Assembly: GCF_030028105.1 (NCBI RefSeq)
Contig: NC_092396.1
Coordinates: 20,481,820-20,545,819 of the forward strand
From: Mobula birostris
Lineage: Eukaryota
Length of the DNA stretch: 64,000 nucleotides
Reading direction: 5' to 3'
The notes under the pieces were generated by a model. It had not been told where the DNA came from. It searched no databases and was given only the letters and a program-made list of their open reading frames with translations. Of this stretch, positions 38,816 to 52,756 are shown piece after piece. The first letter of the stretch is position 1. Each line of letters begins with the position of its first letter. The position numbers and the translations under genes were made by a program.

Positions 38816-40294
38816 CAGTATCTTTTCTCATTCATGCAGGAATAATCAGCCACTACAATACTTACACAGTCTGTCCCTGAACAGTCTCAGCTTTTCCTTT
38901 TAAGTTGAAATAATTCCAAAATTGCACAGTGATCAGGTACAGCTGCTTATTGCCAAAACACTACCATCTAGACTTATGGGGAGATGAGTTAAAAACATCG
39001 AACCCAGATAAAAGCTTTTGCACAATTAACATTTAAATGAGAAAATTCAGTTATTCTTGGGTTTACTGCAGTACACACAGACATATCAAGCAAGAACACC
39101 AATGTCATTATAAAAAAGACAACCACACAGACCCTCTGCTGCTTTTAATCAAATGTATTCAAAACTGAATACTGAAAAAATAAGTAAAAAGCCCCAAATA
39201 CTGGATAATATCCATTAATCCATCAAAATGAAACAGAGGAAATAGGAATACAAATACTTAAATGCACAGAAACTACTAATTTAGAGTAAGTTTTATAAGG
39301 AAACATGCCCCAAGTATAACTCGTTAAAGGCATCTCAAAAACAGATGCTGATAGATAAAAGTCCACAATAAGTTCCGCAAGTGAGAGTGGAGAGAAAACA
39401 CAGACATTTAATGTATAATTTTAAATCGACTACATTTTGAACCACAAGATTCTCCTCAGTGGAATTCTCAGTGCCATGAACTGGGAATGATGCTGGGTAA
39501 GCTCACAAGGTCACCGAACCGAACCTAACCCTGGTTTCTGTGATGTTGCATGCAGGTTAATTACCAGCATATTACAAAGCATGAAGTTAGGATCTTCTCA
39601 GAGCATGCCTAAGAAAATGTACCATCTCTAACCTGTCCAATGGGATGCTAACTTACCAAATGACAGACAGGAACAGACCGACACTGGACACAAGGGTTTT
39701 GATAGTCAACACTGTACATCTCCACAAGCAAACACAGTGAGAAGCTCAAATCTGTACTAGGAGTGAGCTTGAGGTTCACCAACATCATGAGTCACTCTGT
39801 TTTTCAAAGGCCAATCTGTACCAGGTAGTGAAAACCTAAAAATAAATTAGACACATCAGGTTTACAGTTAATGGATTCTGTGTGTGAAGGAGAGTCAAAT
39901 TTCTGTTATAGGAGTGTATAGTTCAAAATCTGAGACCAAATTGTTCCCCTGTTGAATTACAATTGTGCACCCTATAACATTGTTTCTGTAATGTTTTACA
40001 GTGTATAATCAGAGTGAATAGCAGTTCAAACAAAACACTAATTAGGAAGCTCTGGAACATTTTAGCTCAGACTATGAATAACTGTCCATTTCTATGTCAC
40101 CACTGCTGAAACAATGTGACTAGGGAGGGGAGGAGAGGTGAATTCTGCATCTCACTCCAAAGGCAATTGGTAAATCCAGACCTGATGTTCATTCAGGTAT
40201 GGTGTTACTGAAACAGTGCATTAAGGACATGAACCAAAACATTTGCAGGCCAAATCAAAAAGAGAAAATCTGTTACAAGAAGTAGCTTATCCCT

Positions 40295-40695
40295 CATCTG
40301 GGCCCCTTGTCTAAGAAAAGATGTGCTGGCATTGCAGAGGGTCCAGACGGGGTTCACAGGAATGATCCCAGGAATGAAAGGGTTAACATGTGAGGAGCTT
40401 TTTATGGCTCTGGGCCTGTATTTACTGCAGTTTAGAAGAACTGGGGGGGGGGGGGGAGATCTCATTGAAACCTATCAAATATTGAAAGGCCTAGAAAGAG
40501 TGGATGTGGAGAGGATGTTTCCTGTAGAGGACGAATCTAGGTCCAGAGGACACAGCCTCAGAATAGAGGGACATCCATTTAGAACAGAGAAGAGGAAAAG
40601 TTTCTATAACCAGAGGGTGGTGAATTCAATGCCACAGATGACTCTGCACACCAGATCATTAGGTCTATTTAAGGTTCAGGTTGATAGGTTTGTGA
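40295..40695 (+). mobile_element. CR1 LINE 3' fragment
   Basis: ALQRVQ..FT.MIPGMKGL..EE...GDLIETYQIL. Confidence 0.8.
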
Positions 40696-40699
40696 TTTA

Positions 40700-40738
40700 T
40701 CAGGATATCTCTGCTTTACTCCAGATCTTGTGTAAATC
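40700..40738 (-). CDS. C1orf167: Probable terminal coding exon of the C1orf167-like gene
   Basis: Strong pyrimidine tract plus CAG, phase 0, DLHKIWSKAEIS*; abuts a CR1 fragment. Confidence 0.45.
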   Translation of the reverse strand, partial: DLHKIWSKAEIS

Positions 40739-40992
40739 CTGGATAGGAGAAAGAGAAACCAGACAGATTTCCTGACTACTTATCTATGATCCCAAAATTA
40801 GTGTTTTGGGAAATGGACGGAAAGTCAGTTGTAATTCCTCAAAAAAATGGCATGGGTGGATAAAGGTCAGATCTCTGATCCCCAGTCATAAAGAAAGGCC
40901 AATGCGTGATAAACCAGAGCATTTAACAAAGGGGATCAGCACCTTCCAGGGAGGCTGACTAGCATTGCAATGTATGTAACTTTGGTACCTAC

Positions 40993-41103
40993 ATCCAACA
41001 TCAGGATCCTGTTGTCCTGGGCTGCAAACGCCTGTGACACCTGCATCTGTATAAACCGTCTACGCCACAACTGCCACACCTTCACCTCCAGCCTCTGCTC
41101 ATA
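40993..41103 (-). CDS. C1orf167: C1orf167-like exon
   Basis: 111 nt, YEQRLEVKVWQLWRRRFIQMQVSQAFAAQDNRILMLD. Confidence 0.72.
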
Positions 41104-41819
41104 CTGTGTGGGGAGGAGAGAAGCTTCCATTAGTGTGAAAAGCTGTAAGAAGAGCATGGTTCCAGTGGCACCTGACTGTTCATTACTAAAGGCTCCCAAA
41201 TTATGAGCAGATTGAAATGCAATCAGCTCCCCATTACTATTTTGCAGGCAGAGGGCATGTCTCCTAATTATGTCAATATGAGGACAAGGCTCAGCTGCAG
41301 CTTGGACCCCATTATCCCAGCCTGCCCACAAAGAAGACTGACAACTCGGCAAGAACATCTGAGGCCCCAAATAGATTAAGAAGCTTCATCTATGCAGAGA
41401 TTCTCAGGGGAGGTTGCCTTGCCCTCAGAGGTCCTCCTTGAGTCAATGTTATCATGTAATTCACTGATTAATTAAGACTTTGAGTAGGGATCTATATATA
41501 ACATATTACCGACTGTAGCAGCTGAACAGAATTAACCAGACACCACAGGTTTTTCATCCCCAGAGAGAAAGATGATAAATGACCCCGGACCAGCCTCAAA
41601 TGGACTAGTGCTGAACTTGATAAGCATGGGACAGGACAGGTGATGTCTGTGGATGAAACTATTAGTCACCAAGAAGATTTGAGTAGAGTAACACTTAGCA
41701 CTCCACATACTTTAGAATGTATTATTTGTCTAGATTCTAGATTAAAGTCCAGACTAGCTAACCAGATTGTGGATTGTCAAATAAAGAAATAATATATTTT
41801 TAAAATCTTCATTAACAGC

Positions 41820-42302
41820 CCTGCTGAAAATTATTCTACAGGGGCACAGTTGAGAGTATCCTGACTGGCTGCATTACTGCCTGGTATGGGAACTGTACCT
41901 CCCTTAATCGCAGGACTCTGCAGAGAGTGGTGCGGGCAGCCCAGCGCATCTGTAATTAATAACTTTCCATGATTCAGGACATTTACAAGGACAGGTGTGT
42001 AAAAAGGGCCTGTAGGATCATTGGGGACCTAAGTCACCTCAACCACAAACTGTTCCAGCTAATACTATACGGGAAACAGTACCACAGCATAAAAACCAGG
42101 ACCAACAGGCTCCGGGACAGCTTCTTCCACCAGGCCATCAGACTGATTAACTCATGCTGATTTGAGTGTATTTCTGTTTTATTGACTATTCTATTCATTA
42201 AAAATTATTATAAATTTCTATGATTGCACATTGCACATTTAGATGGAGACGTAACAAAGATTTTTACTCCTCATGTATGTGAAGGATGTAAGAAATAAAG
42301 TC
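41820..42302 (+). mobile_element. Rex1/Babar-type LINE 3' fragment
   Basis: FYRGTVESILTGCITAWYGN...TRTNRLRDSFFHQAIRLIN. Confidence 0.8.
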
Positions 42303-42491
42303 ATAAAGTCATATTGTAAGACGGAACAGGATAGTTTATGTTATTTATTCCTATGGTTTGACTTTCTTATAAATAATTTAAATAGAAAATTGACATTGGT
42401 ATTATTTTATAATTGTAAATCCAACCAAAATATTCACAGCTTAAACTGGTTAAATGAAAAGTCATTGTTAAAAGGGAACTGATTTTCTCAC

Positions 42492-42627
42492 CAGTCCCCT
42501 GGTCACTAGCTTGCTCGTAGTGAAGTTCTTCCACTGTTTCCAGATTTCCTGAAGCTTCTCAACCCTTTTTTCCTCGAGGAACTGCTGTAGGAATGTTTGG
42601 TTCCGCCAGTTCTTAAAAAATAGCTTA
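42492..42627 (-). CDS. C1orf167: C1orf167-like exon
   Basis: 136 nt, KLFFKNWRNQ...KLQEIWKQWKNF; AG/GTGAGA. Confidence 0.73.
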
Positions 42628-42773
42628 CTGTGGAAAAATAGAATCAGCTTGTAAGTTCATTCTGAATTCATCAACCCAACAAGCCCCTCCGATTCCATGC
42701 AAGAACATTATTGTGTTATAAAGTGAAAGAACCAGAGTAGGCAGTATTTCAGTGACAATGCAAGACTAATCAC

Positions 42774-42907
42774 CATGATTGATTCCTGTGGTGTTCCTCC
42801 GCACGAGATTCCTCTGCGTCCCGCTGCTTCCGTGCCCTCACAAGAACAATCCATCGTGACACACATTTCTGAGACACGTATCTGGCACGATATCTAAGTG
42901 CCTGCAA
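42774..42907 (-). CDS. C1orf167: C1orf167-like exon
   Basis: 134 nt, LQALRYRARYVSQKCVSRWIVLVRARKQR; phase-consistent. Confidence 0.7.
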
Positions 42908-44041
42908 CTGTCAAAGAAGAAGATATAAGCAGTGGCTTAGATAAAGGTCACTAAGTAACAACCCATGCTAACAATTCGTTCTCAGTATTTTTTTTACATG
43001 CAGTTTATCTTCTTTTGCACAATGGTTGTTTGTCAGTCTTTATCTGTTTATGTAGAGCTTTTTGTAAATTCTATGGTATTTCTTCATTCCCCATTTTGCC
43101 TGAAAGAAAATCTATTTCAAGGTAGTATATGGTAACATATACATTACTTGATAATAAATTCAGTTTGAAGTGAAAACAGCCAAATTACTGAACCATTTCA
43201 TCTCCAACAGTAAGTGACTCAAAACACAGGTATGCTCCTTTTGTATCTTGTATAGACAGCACCATTAGAAATTAGTACTCTGTCTGATTACATTACAATG
43301 CTACTTCATTTGTCTAATTTTTTTTACTATTTGTGGCTCTTGCACAGTCCTGTATTTGTCAAAGTGGAGCAAAGATCAAGTAAATCTGGCGGAAGCAAAT
43401 GATGTAGGGAATGGCAAGGTGGAGCACCCCGGGAGGGATGTAGGACAGGTGGCAGAGAAGGAATGCCAGGGGTGGGGGGGGGGGGGGGGCACTTGTGCAG
43501 ACACAACCAACCCTGAGGCACCAGACAAGGTTATTTGATACCAAACAATTGGTTTACTGATTATGACAGAATGTCCCTCTGGTGTTCCTGCTCCCTCCCT
43601 CTCTCTTCCCCTTTTCCCAATCATAATTGCCCTCTTCTTGCCCCATTCCCACTCTCAGTCCACAAAAGAGACCAGGATCAGAATCAGGTTTATCTTCACT
43701 CATATGTCATTAAATTTGTTTTCCTCGCGGTTGCTAAACAGTGCAATACATAAAACTACATTTCATTTTTAAATCTTTTTATTAATATAATCTTCTACAG
43801 CTATAAAATACAGAAATTCAACAAATTAGTATATATGTAATAAAGCTGAAAAAAAACATATATATGCTAATGAAAAAAAATTTTTATAAAAGAGAAAGAA
43901 GGAAAAAAGAGAACCCCAGCTAACTGAAAAAAAAACCCCACTAACTATAAAACAAAAAGAAGAGGAAACAAAAACATTAGGAACCAACTCTCAGATAATT
44001 GCAGATGATTGCAATACATAAAATTACCACAGTCCTGTGCA

Positions 44042-44170
44042 NNNNNNNNNNNNNNNNNNNNNNNNNNNNNNNNNNNNNNNNNNNNNNNNNNNNNNNNNNN
44101 NNNNNNNNNNNNNNNNNNNNNNNNNNNNNNNNNNNNNNNNNNNNNNNNNNNNNNNNNNNNNNNNNNNNNN
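44042..44170. other. Assembly gap (129 N), apparently inside a minus-strand LINE 3' end
   Basis: Run of N; A-rich low-complexity flank on the left. Confidence 0.97.
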
Positions 44171-44320
44171 CTGTATAACAAATTCCATGCTAGAAATCTG
44201 TTGGCTTGTATGGAAATAACAAATAAGCACATTTTATTCTCTTTAATGGTCGTTGAAAAGTAATAGAAAAGCAACACTTTCGGAAGTCTTATTAATTAGC
44301 ACATATCTTTCTACACCTAC

Positions 44321-44522
44321 CTCGCTGTACCAGGTTATCAGTGCTTTGTGCAGGATTTGCTTAGTCTCTCCTTGCACAAACAAGGCCATCTTACGTTGAA
44401 AGTGCAACTGAGTTCTCCAGATCGCAAATGCGGAGTTAAGCTGCAACAGTGAAGCTTGTGCTGATACAGTCAATGCCCAAAGCTTCTGCAGATGTACATT
44501 TCCAATCCAAGTGAGAAGGCAC
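44321..44522 (-). CDS. C1orf167: C1orf167-like exon
   Basis: 202 nt, CLLTWIG...LNSAFAIWRTQ...LHKALITWYSE. Confidence 0.75.
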
Positions 44523-44847
44523 CTAGGATTTGATGAGAAAGCAAACCAGTTCAGCTTAGCTGGTTATCTAATGTGCAGAAATACAAACCAGTAATCTTTT
44601 TGGTAAATCCCCAACATGTGGTTTGTAGCTATTAAGTTATGTGCTTTCTACCCAGTATCTCGGCCACAATGGTTCTCATCAGGGTGGTGTTGCATCTCTT
44701 TAACAATAAATAATAAATGTTGTTCATAATAGGAAATATATATACAAATACAAAAGAAGAGGAACAGTGCACTGCCCTTTATATACTCTATGTAGTGTTG
44801 TTCAGTTTATACATTCACAATCTCATTGTACTGTATATTATAAATAA

Positions 44848-45010
44848 GAGATTCTGCAGATGGTGGAAATTTTGAGCAACACACACAAAATGCTGGAGGA
44901 ATTCAGTAGGTCAGTGGGTATTTATGGAGGGATATAAACAGTCAACATTGACTATTCATTTCCCTCCACAGATGATAAATGCTGTGTGCCTTCAGCATTG
45001 TGTGTGTGGT
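44848..45010. mobile_element. Inverted pair of Penelope-type repeat fragments
   Basis: Minus copy and plus copy fused at CAGTCAACATTGACTA. Confidence 0.55.
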
Positions 45011-45517
45011 TCTGTACATTAGCTGTGACGGCACACTTTTCTGTACATAACACCACAGCACTGCCAATTCTGGTGGGGCGGAGGGGAGAGGATACACACA
45101 GGGCTCACTCAGCCTTAGATGGTATTAGTAAAGTTCTTAGGTTTTCATAGTAAAATGTGAAACGTTCCATCTTACGATACAGGTTGCCCGTGATACCACT
45201 ACAGTACTACTGACACCTGACCTTTATTGGTTTAATTTAAACATGGCAGCTTTAAATTATTTCAAAACAGATTGACTTTTTCAATGGAATATGTACCTAA
45301 AAGTCTGGAAACATTATCAATGCCATTATACACCCAAGTTTTATTCTCATGATCCGTGATGTGCTGAGGGGGGGTTGTTACATTCCTTTTCGTTACCTGG
45401 CAGCAATGAGTTAAAGAACAGCAAAGAATAGGAAAGTGGATTCCAAACAATTGTGAAGTCTGTTTTCAGCATGGCAGAGAGCATAACAGCACAGCAGATA
45501 GCGTGGACTTGTCATAC

Positions 45518-45662
45518 CTGCGAAGTAAAGTTAGATGGTAGAACAAAGCGGCCCCTTTTTGTTTCCGATATAATGTTGCCATCTGATAAAAAGCAGTCTG
45601 CTTCTGTTGGTGCTGTGATGCAGAAATCATCTTCTTCTGCCTCACGCTCTCATCCTTTCGCT
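45518..45662 (-). CDS. C1orf167: C1orf167-like exon
   Basis: 145 nt open frame ERKDESVRQKK...LFYHLTLLR; AG/GTATGA; phase-consistent. Confidence 0.7.
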
Positions 45663-46307
45663 CTATAAAAGCAATCGGGGTGCATTCATGTATCAGAATT
45701 GGTTTAAAATGACATTACAATAATGGGCCAATCTGTTCCGCATGCCCAGAAAATGTACGCGGATGTGCTTGATGTAATGATACAGGAGTTACAACGACAC
45801 ACACAGATGATATTTAGTGAGAGTTCAACACTACAAAATTTGGATGACTACTCATATTCTGAAATAATTATTAATCTCAGGATTACAAAATACTATTCAA
45901 AAACAATAAAACCAACCTGCACTCTGTCACATGTACATACACATCCCATTGTGCAAAACCTTGTTGTCTCTCAATTAAATTTTTGCTTGTCACACTAAGG
46001 GGACAATATTTCAGGGGTCCAATAGCAATGGTGATGGTGAGTGGGCAACATCTGAGATTTTGTTCACGTTGTTAGTTTTTCATTATCATTTTAATGAATA
46101 TAATTTACTGAGAGAAATGAGGTCAACTGAAGCAGTATTACAAGGTACGTGTGGTTGACTGAGATAGGCAAAAGAGAACGAAAGACACGCATGTACATAG
46201 GTACACACATTAAGAAAATCTGATTAGATAATAGTGTTCATTAAAAGAAAAGCTCAAATTCAATGATCCATTAAGAAACTAAGAGCCAGCAGTATTGTTC
46301 CTACAAA

Positions 46308-46830
46308 TACGCTCAGTGGCTACTTTATTAGGTACAGGAGTGAACCCAGTTTAGTCTTCTGCTGCTGTAACCCATCCACTTCAAGGTTCAATGTGTTGTG
46401 CATTCAGAGATGTTTTTCTGCATATCCCTGTTGTAGCATGTAGTTATTTGAATTACTGTCACCTTCCAGCAAACTTGAACCAATTCTGGCCGATCTCCTC
46501 TGACCCCTCTCATCAACAAGGCGTTTTTGCCTACAGACTGCAACTCATTGGATGCTTTTTTGTTTTTCACACCATTCTCTTTATCTTTAGAGACTGCTGT
46601 GTGTGAAAATCCCAGGAGATCAGCAGTTTCTGAGATACTCAAACCACCCCATGTGACACCAACAATCATTCCACAGTCAAAGTCACTTAGATCACATCTC
46701 TTCCCCGTTCTGGTGTTTGGTCTGAACCACAACTGAACTTCTTGACCATGTCTACATGCTGTTATGCACTGGTTTGCTGTCACATGATTGACTAATTAGA
46801 TAATTGTATTACAGAGGTGTACAGGTGTAC
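46308..46830 (-). mobile_element. Non-autonomous Tc1/mariner deletion derivative (second copy)
   Basis: GKRCDLSDFDCGMIVG..GGLSISETADLLGFSHT; left terminus CTCAGTGGCTACTTTATTAGGTAC. Confidence 0.75.
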
Positions 46831-46994
46831 TCTTCCACAATTTCAGTGCATTTCCCTAACAGCTTCTGATGGCAGACAGATGGGAGATAAAAGCACTGTC
46901 TCAATTTTGCTAAAGGTTTGTTACATATCTAAGCAGCCTTCCATTACGGAAAGACTAGCAACAAATGCAGTCTGTGATCTTCAGAAGAACTCAC

Positions 46995-47112
46995 CTTTTA
47001 CCAATTTGGCCCAGGCGAGCAGCAGCAGCCTCAGTTGCCTCATTTTAATGTTATTAGCAAACTGATAGGACAGCTGGGATAATCTGATAGCTTCCTTCCA
47101 ATTGCTGAACAA
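46995..47112 (-). CDS. C1orf167: C1orf167-like exon
   Basis: 118 nt, LFSNWKEAIR...LRLLLLAWAKLVK; AG/GTGAGT. Confidence 0.75.
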
Positions 47113-48242
47113 CTGCAAATGAAACAGAGGAAGAAGAAAAATGGAGCAGTCATAAGAGAACATAGTATTGGAGCTGTCAAAAACAAATATAACTGTTTGC
47201 AATGAGGCCACAGCTTGTAAACCTTGAGAGCTCTCTGCCGGATAATTTTACATGAGTCATGTGAGATGTGACTGATCCCAGGCTTTGTCAGGAATCCACA
47301 AAATACATCATAGCAAAACATGACCTTGTTCTCATCCAAAATCATCCTAGATTGGAGGAGGGGGATTGTCAATCAACACTGAGAGCCAAATATTGCTGAA
47401 AAATAACCACACGGCTACGGGGAAAGAGATGGATCCAAGGTTAACAACATCCTGGCATCCAGTTCTTAAACTGGCACATGAAAAATGTATGCACAGTGAG
47501 GCACGAATGACCCAGCTGTTTGAGATTCAAAGCTAGTCAGGGTTAACACCTTTATCGAAAAGGTAAAAAATACATATATTTTCTGCAGTTTGAGGGTTGT
47601 TGCACTGACCTGGAATGCAGTGTGTGAATAAACAGATGAGGGTGTGCATTGAAACAAAAGTTCAAATTCAATAAACTATTAAAGAAACTGACAACCAAGA
47701 GTGTTGTTGATAGGAATATACTTTAGGATTTCAAATATCACCAAACACAACGTCAGCGCTATTGCCAATCAGCAGCTTCTTGTGGGAGGCAGGGCCACCA
47801 GCCAAACTTTGTTGACAGTTTATTAAATTTCTAAGCAGCTTTTAGATCTCTGTTATTTTCCTGATCTTTAGGGTTCTTTCAGGGGTCAAGAATGGCGGGG
47901 AGTTTTAATTCTTAATGATGGTTTATTTTAATGTTTAAACTAAGATACAGACATTTGAAACTGCAGTATGTAAAGAGCTGAGAAGCAAAGCAGAGATTCC
48001 AATGAAAAGATAGCGCCTCTGAAAAATCCATCACCTTTATAATCCAGATTGTAGAAATTCCTACTCCATATCCAGGCAGGTCCTCGCTGCTTATGAACCA
48101 CAGGCTCAGGACATGGCTGAGCCTAATTTAGCCAAGCCTAGAGTGAAGAATGGGCAAAAAGAAATGGGGCTAAAAAAAGACAGGTGATGCTGGATTAGAG
48201 AGAGAAAGAGATTACTTCAAATAAGCAACAGAATTTGTTTTG

Positions 48243-48373
48243 GAGACACAAGAGACTGCAAGTGCTAGAATCTGGAACAACAAACAGTCTGCTGGAGGAA
48301 TTCAGTGAGTTGAGCAACATATATGGGGTGGAAAGGAAATGTTGATGTTTCAGGTTTAAACCCTGCATCAGGG
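48243..48373 (-). mobile_element. Penelope-type repeat fragment (related subfamily)
   Basis: Minus strand CCCTGATGCAGGGTTTAAACCTGAAACATCAACA...GAATTCCTCCAGCAG. Confidence 0.5.
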
Positions 48374-49641
48374 TACGTAGAGATTTCCTAGCTAAAGGCA
48401 TCTCATACCAGGTATAGACATGGTCATCAAAGTTTATAGCTTTAGGTGAAAGTGGATGCCGAGTTCAGAAAGATGCACAATAATCATTTGCTGCTTACAC
48501 AAAATGCCGGCCGCCCACTACAAAGTGACAAGATGAGCCACAAAGTGCTAGACTGCATCCAAAGCTGATACAATCACCAAGTCCCAGGAAGGTACCAAGG
48601 GGAAAGTGGTCATCCATCTGTGTCCAAGGATGCACATGACTGACACAAATTCAACTAGCATAAGAGCCACTGATTATTTACATCTCAAAGAAAGCAGTGT
48701 GTGAAAGCACTGTATGTTTCAATGTACATAGAATGAGTAAATATGAATCTGAATTATAGGAATGCTATCGGTTTGGTGTCAGTAATGTTACAATCAACAA
48801 TATGTTCTGGCAGATGTATTTTAGTACTACTTAGAAACCCTGAATACTGTGCAAGTACCTGAGGCTTTGTAACTCTGTGGAACCACTCATCATACTTTTC
48901 ACAACTACTCCTTGAAGAATTACAACTTGATTACTTCTTTGGTGCTTTTTATTTGGCAGTCAGGTGGTGCTGCTCTCTTGTGGCCGGTTACCAATATTGC
49001 TTCCAAATAGCTGCTGTCAAGCGCTGCCCTCTTCTGGCCCCTGTGTAATCCTACCTCCTCTCTTCCTAACCAGCAGTCTGACTGTCCCTCACTATGGTAC
49101 CAAAGGTGGTGATGCTAACTCTAATTTACTTTAAACAGTCAATTTAAAAGATGTATGTTCTGTAGGTAGAAGGATGGAAAAAGATTAGAAAGAAGGGGAT
49201 GACACCCTGGTGCTACATTAGTTGTCCATAATGGAGAAAAATACAGAAATTTCTGTCTTCAAATCTGAGTGTTGAAACTTGAGGAGGATGCAATGGATTT
49301 AAGTAAAACTTGCTGCTGATTCACCTCAATGATCCTTGGGAAGAAAAATATCCGAAAGGTTTTTAGATAATGATAATTGTTGGTTGGGCAGATACTGGAA
49401 GGATTTTTCTCAGAAAAGTGACCAAGGACAAGGCAAGAAAATCAATAAAAACTGGTTAAACTAAAAGCAGAGAAAATAGCTTTCATACAAAAGGTAGTGG
49501 GGAAGTCAAATGGCTCAGGAGTAAAATGATTTTATCTTTCTGAAGAAAACGTCATTATTTAAGCAGAAATAGGGGGATTGGGAAGAAACTGGGAATATGG
49601 ATTAGCGACAATGTTGTGATGGACAAATCTAATTTACCTAC

Positions 49642-49894
49642 TGTTTGAATGAGGATTGTAGCTCGATGCCTCACAGCCTGCTGTAGTAATGTCCTCTGCC
49701 TCCAGCACTGAATAACTCTCTGTGCTGCTCTAAATTTCCTGTAACTCTCTGAGAAGTGCTGCAGCTCCAAGTGATACCTCCACTGACTAAAAGCCCCTAA
49801 CAGGACCTGTTGGTTCCGTACAGTTTGAAATGTCCACAGCCTCTGCCACATCTTCTCTTTCTGAAGTGCAGCAGAGTGCCAAGCCCACAGATAT
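49642..49894 (-). CDS. C1orf167: C1orf167-like exon
   Basis: 253 nt, YLWAWHSAALQ...VLLGAFSQWRYH...VIQCWRQR; phase-consistent. Confidence 0.75.
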
Positions 49895-50802
49895 CTGGAC
49901 CAAGAAAATAATGAATTAGTAATGTTTCACGTGGTGATAAGAGTTACACAATAGAAATTAAGGGGTATGTTAGCCCCTTGAATTAAATGCTACTCAGTTC
50001 CATTGTAACTTTGCATCCTTTAAATACATCAACATCTGACTAACAAATGATCTTGCACCTAATGCTATCTATGAAAGTTTCAAATTTCCCTATGAACAAA
50101 ACTACTTCATATCTTCACTCATGACAGGCCTGACTCTAGTTAGGAGGCTGTATGTCTTTGTTCCAAATTTTCTACCAGGAAAAAAGCTCTTTTTCTATCC
50201 AACCATCAGTTTTTAATTCACATTTCAAAATCTTTAATTAAATCACCCCTTGGTCTTTTACATTCCAAGATATGCAAGACTTGTTTGTGCTATGTCCAAT
50301 TATTGTCATCAAAAACTAAGTTACAGCACAGTAGAAAGGTGCAAAGTCAAAACTTCTACCATTGGATTCAGTCCACGAAGATCAGTCACCAAGATCCCTC
50401 TGGTAAACGTAACTTTGATCTGCATGTAACTTAAGCCTCTTTGATGCTCCACGCAAATTTATTACTTTAAAGCCTAGCCCTCTGCCCTGGACAGTTAGGT
50501 GCACTCAACATCCTTGCTGTACACGCTGCAACACAACGATCTACTGGGGTTTCTCCAGTGACCACCTGTAATTTTGGATGCAGAAAGCTATAGTGAATGA
50601 CCACAATAGGCTGCTGATCACACAGGCTGTAACAATCTGCCAGCACTCTGTCAGGGATGGCTAGTGCAGACAGCTTTAACTTTTAGAAGGATTGAGAGTT
50701 CCCACAATAATGAGTGAGGCTGACAACCCCGTTCCTAGTGTATGACTAGATGGCATCATACCACACACTGGACAAATGGTGGACCTCAGTGTTTTCACTG
50801 GC

Positions 50803-52390
50803 ATAAGACCATAAGACACAGGAGCAGGATTAGGCCATTTAGCCCATCAAGTCTGCTCCGCCATTTCATCATGGCTGATCCAATTTTCCTCTCAGTCACC
50901 TGCCTTCTCCCCATATCCCTTCATGCCTGACCAATCAAGAATCTATCAACTTCTGTCTTAAATATACATGAAAACTTGGCCTCCACAGCTGCCTGTGGCA
51001 AAGAATTCCACAGATTCACCAGTCTTTGGCTAGAGAAATTCCTCCTCATCTCCGTTCTAAAAGGACACCCTCTATTCTGAGGCTGTGTCCCCTCATCTTA
51101 GATTCTCCCACCACAGGAAACATCCTCTCCACATCCACTGTATCAAGGCCTTTCACCGTTTGATAGGTTTGAATGAGGTCACCCCTCATTTTTCTGAATT
51201 CCAGCGAATACATGCTCAGTCATCAAACGCTCTTCATATGACAAGCCATTCAATCCTGGAATCATTTTCGTGAATCTCCTTTGAACCCTCTCCAGTTTCA
51301 GCACATCCTTTTTAAGATAAGGGGCCCAAAACTGCTCACAATACTCCAAGTGACGCCTCACCAGTGCTTTATAAAGTCTCAACATTACATCCTTGCTTCT
51401 ATATTCTAGTCCTCTTGAAATGAATGCTAACATTGCATTTGCCTTTCTCAGCACAGACTCAACCTGCAAATTAACATTTAGGAAATTCTGCACAAGGACT
51501 CCCAGGTCCCATTGTCTTGTGCCTCAGTGTTTTGTATTTTCTCTCCATTTAGAAAATAGTCAACCCTTTCACTTCTTCTACCAAAGTACATGACCATACA
51601 CTTCCCAAAACTGCATTCCATCTGCCATTTCTTTGTCCATTCCTAATTTGTCTGTCCTTCTGTAGCCTCTCTACTTCCTCAAAACTACCTGCCCCTCCAC
51701 CTATCTTCATATCATCTGCAAACTTTACAACAAAGCCATCAATTTCATCATCCAAATCATTGACATATAATGTAAAAAGAATCAATCCAACACAAACCCC
51801 TGTGGAACACCACTAGTCACCGGCAGCGAGCCAGAAAAGGCTCCCTTAATTCCCACTCTTTGCCTCCTGCCTATCAACCAATACGCTATCCATGCTGGAA
51901 TCTTTCCTGTCATACCATGGGCTCGTAGTTTGTTAAGTAACCTCATGTGCCACCTGGTCAAGGGCCTTCTGAAAATCCAAATACACAGCATCAACCAATT
52001 CTCCTTTGTCCATCCTGCTTGTTACTACTTCAAAGAATTCCAACAGATTTGTCAAGCAAGATTTTCCCTTGAGGAAACCATGTTGACTACAGCCTATTTT
52101 AACATGTGCCTCCAAGTACCCTGAGACCTAATTTTTAATAATCGACTCCAACATCTTCCCAACCACTGAGATCAGACTAACTGGCCTAGAGTTACCTTTC
52201 TTCTGCCTCTCTCCTTTCTTGAAGAGTGGAGTGACATTTGCAATTTCCAGTCTTTCAGAACCTAGTGATTCTTGAAAGATCATTACTAATGCCTCCACGA
52301 TCTCTTCAGCCAATTCTTTCAGAATTCTGGGGTGTACAGCACCTGGTCCAGGTGACTTATCTACTTTCAGACCTTTCAGTTTCCTAAGAT
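50803..52390 (-). mobile_element. CR1 LINE fragment with RT domain (frameshifted)
   Basis: KSPGP, RPVSLISVVGK, QHGFLKGKSCLTNLLEFFE, SGVPQG, KFADD. Confidence 0.92.
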
Positions 52391-52466
52391 CCTTCTCTCT
52401 AGAACCTTCTATCATTTAACAGCCTTCACCTTCTCTCTAGAACCTCCTATCATTTAACAGCCTTCA
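52391..52466 (+). repeat. 38-bp tandem duplication (2 copies, 1 mismatch)
   Basis: CCTTCTCTCTAGAACCT(T/C)CTATCATTTAACAGCCTTCA x2 at the 5' truncation point of the CR1. Confidence 0.9.
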
Positions 52467-52561
52467 TCTATGTCTCGTGCCTAAGGAATACAAACTGAAC
52501 TGAACCCAAAGGATCACAAACTCTACACAAACACTGCCTCAGAGTAATAACTGTTCCAGAC

Positions 52562-52706
52562 CTTCTTTGCACCTGCATGTCTGCCATTATCTTCACATTT
52601 CTCTGTGTCTCTGCTTTCTGCTTCCAGGTCTGAAGAGTCAAAAGCTTCACCCTCAGTGTGTGAACAGAAAGGAAATAAGCCTGGAGATCCTGGACTTGCT
52701 TTCGCT
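52562..52706 (-). CDS. C1orf167: C1orf167-like exon
   Basis: 145 nt, RKQVQDLQAYFLSVHTLRVKLLTLQTWKQKAE; phase-consistent. Confidence 0.72.
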
Positions 52707-52756
52707 CTAGAAGAAGCAATACAAATTTGCAGAATATGAATTGTGAGATTTGGCAA

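Noticed and set aside
40205-40235. TCCTTAAT upstream of an AG, resembling a U12 branch site
   Set aside because: No matching U12 donor and no exon follows
50365-50566. Exon-like minus-strand segment with an acceptor inside the C1orf167-like gene
   Set aside because: Contains several in-frame stops, and the flanking exons (52562 and 49894) join in phase without it
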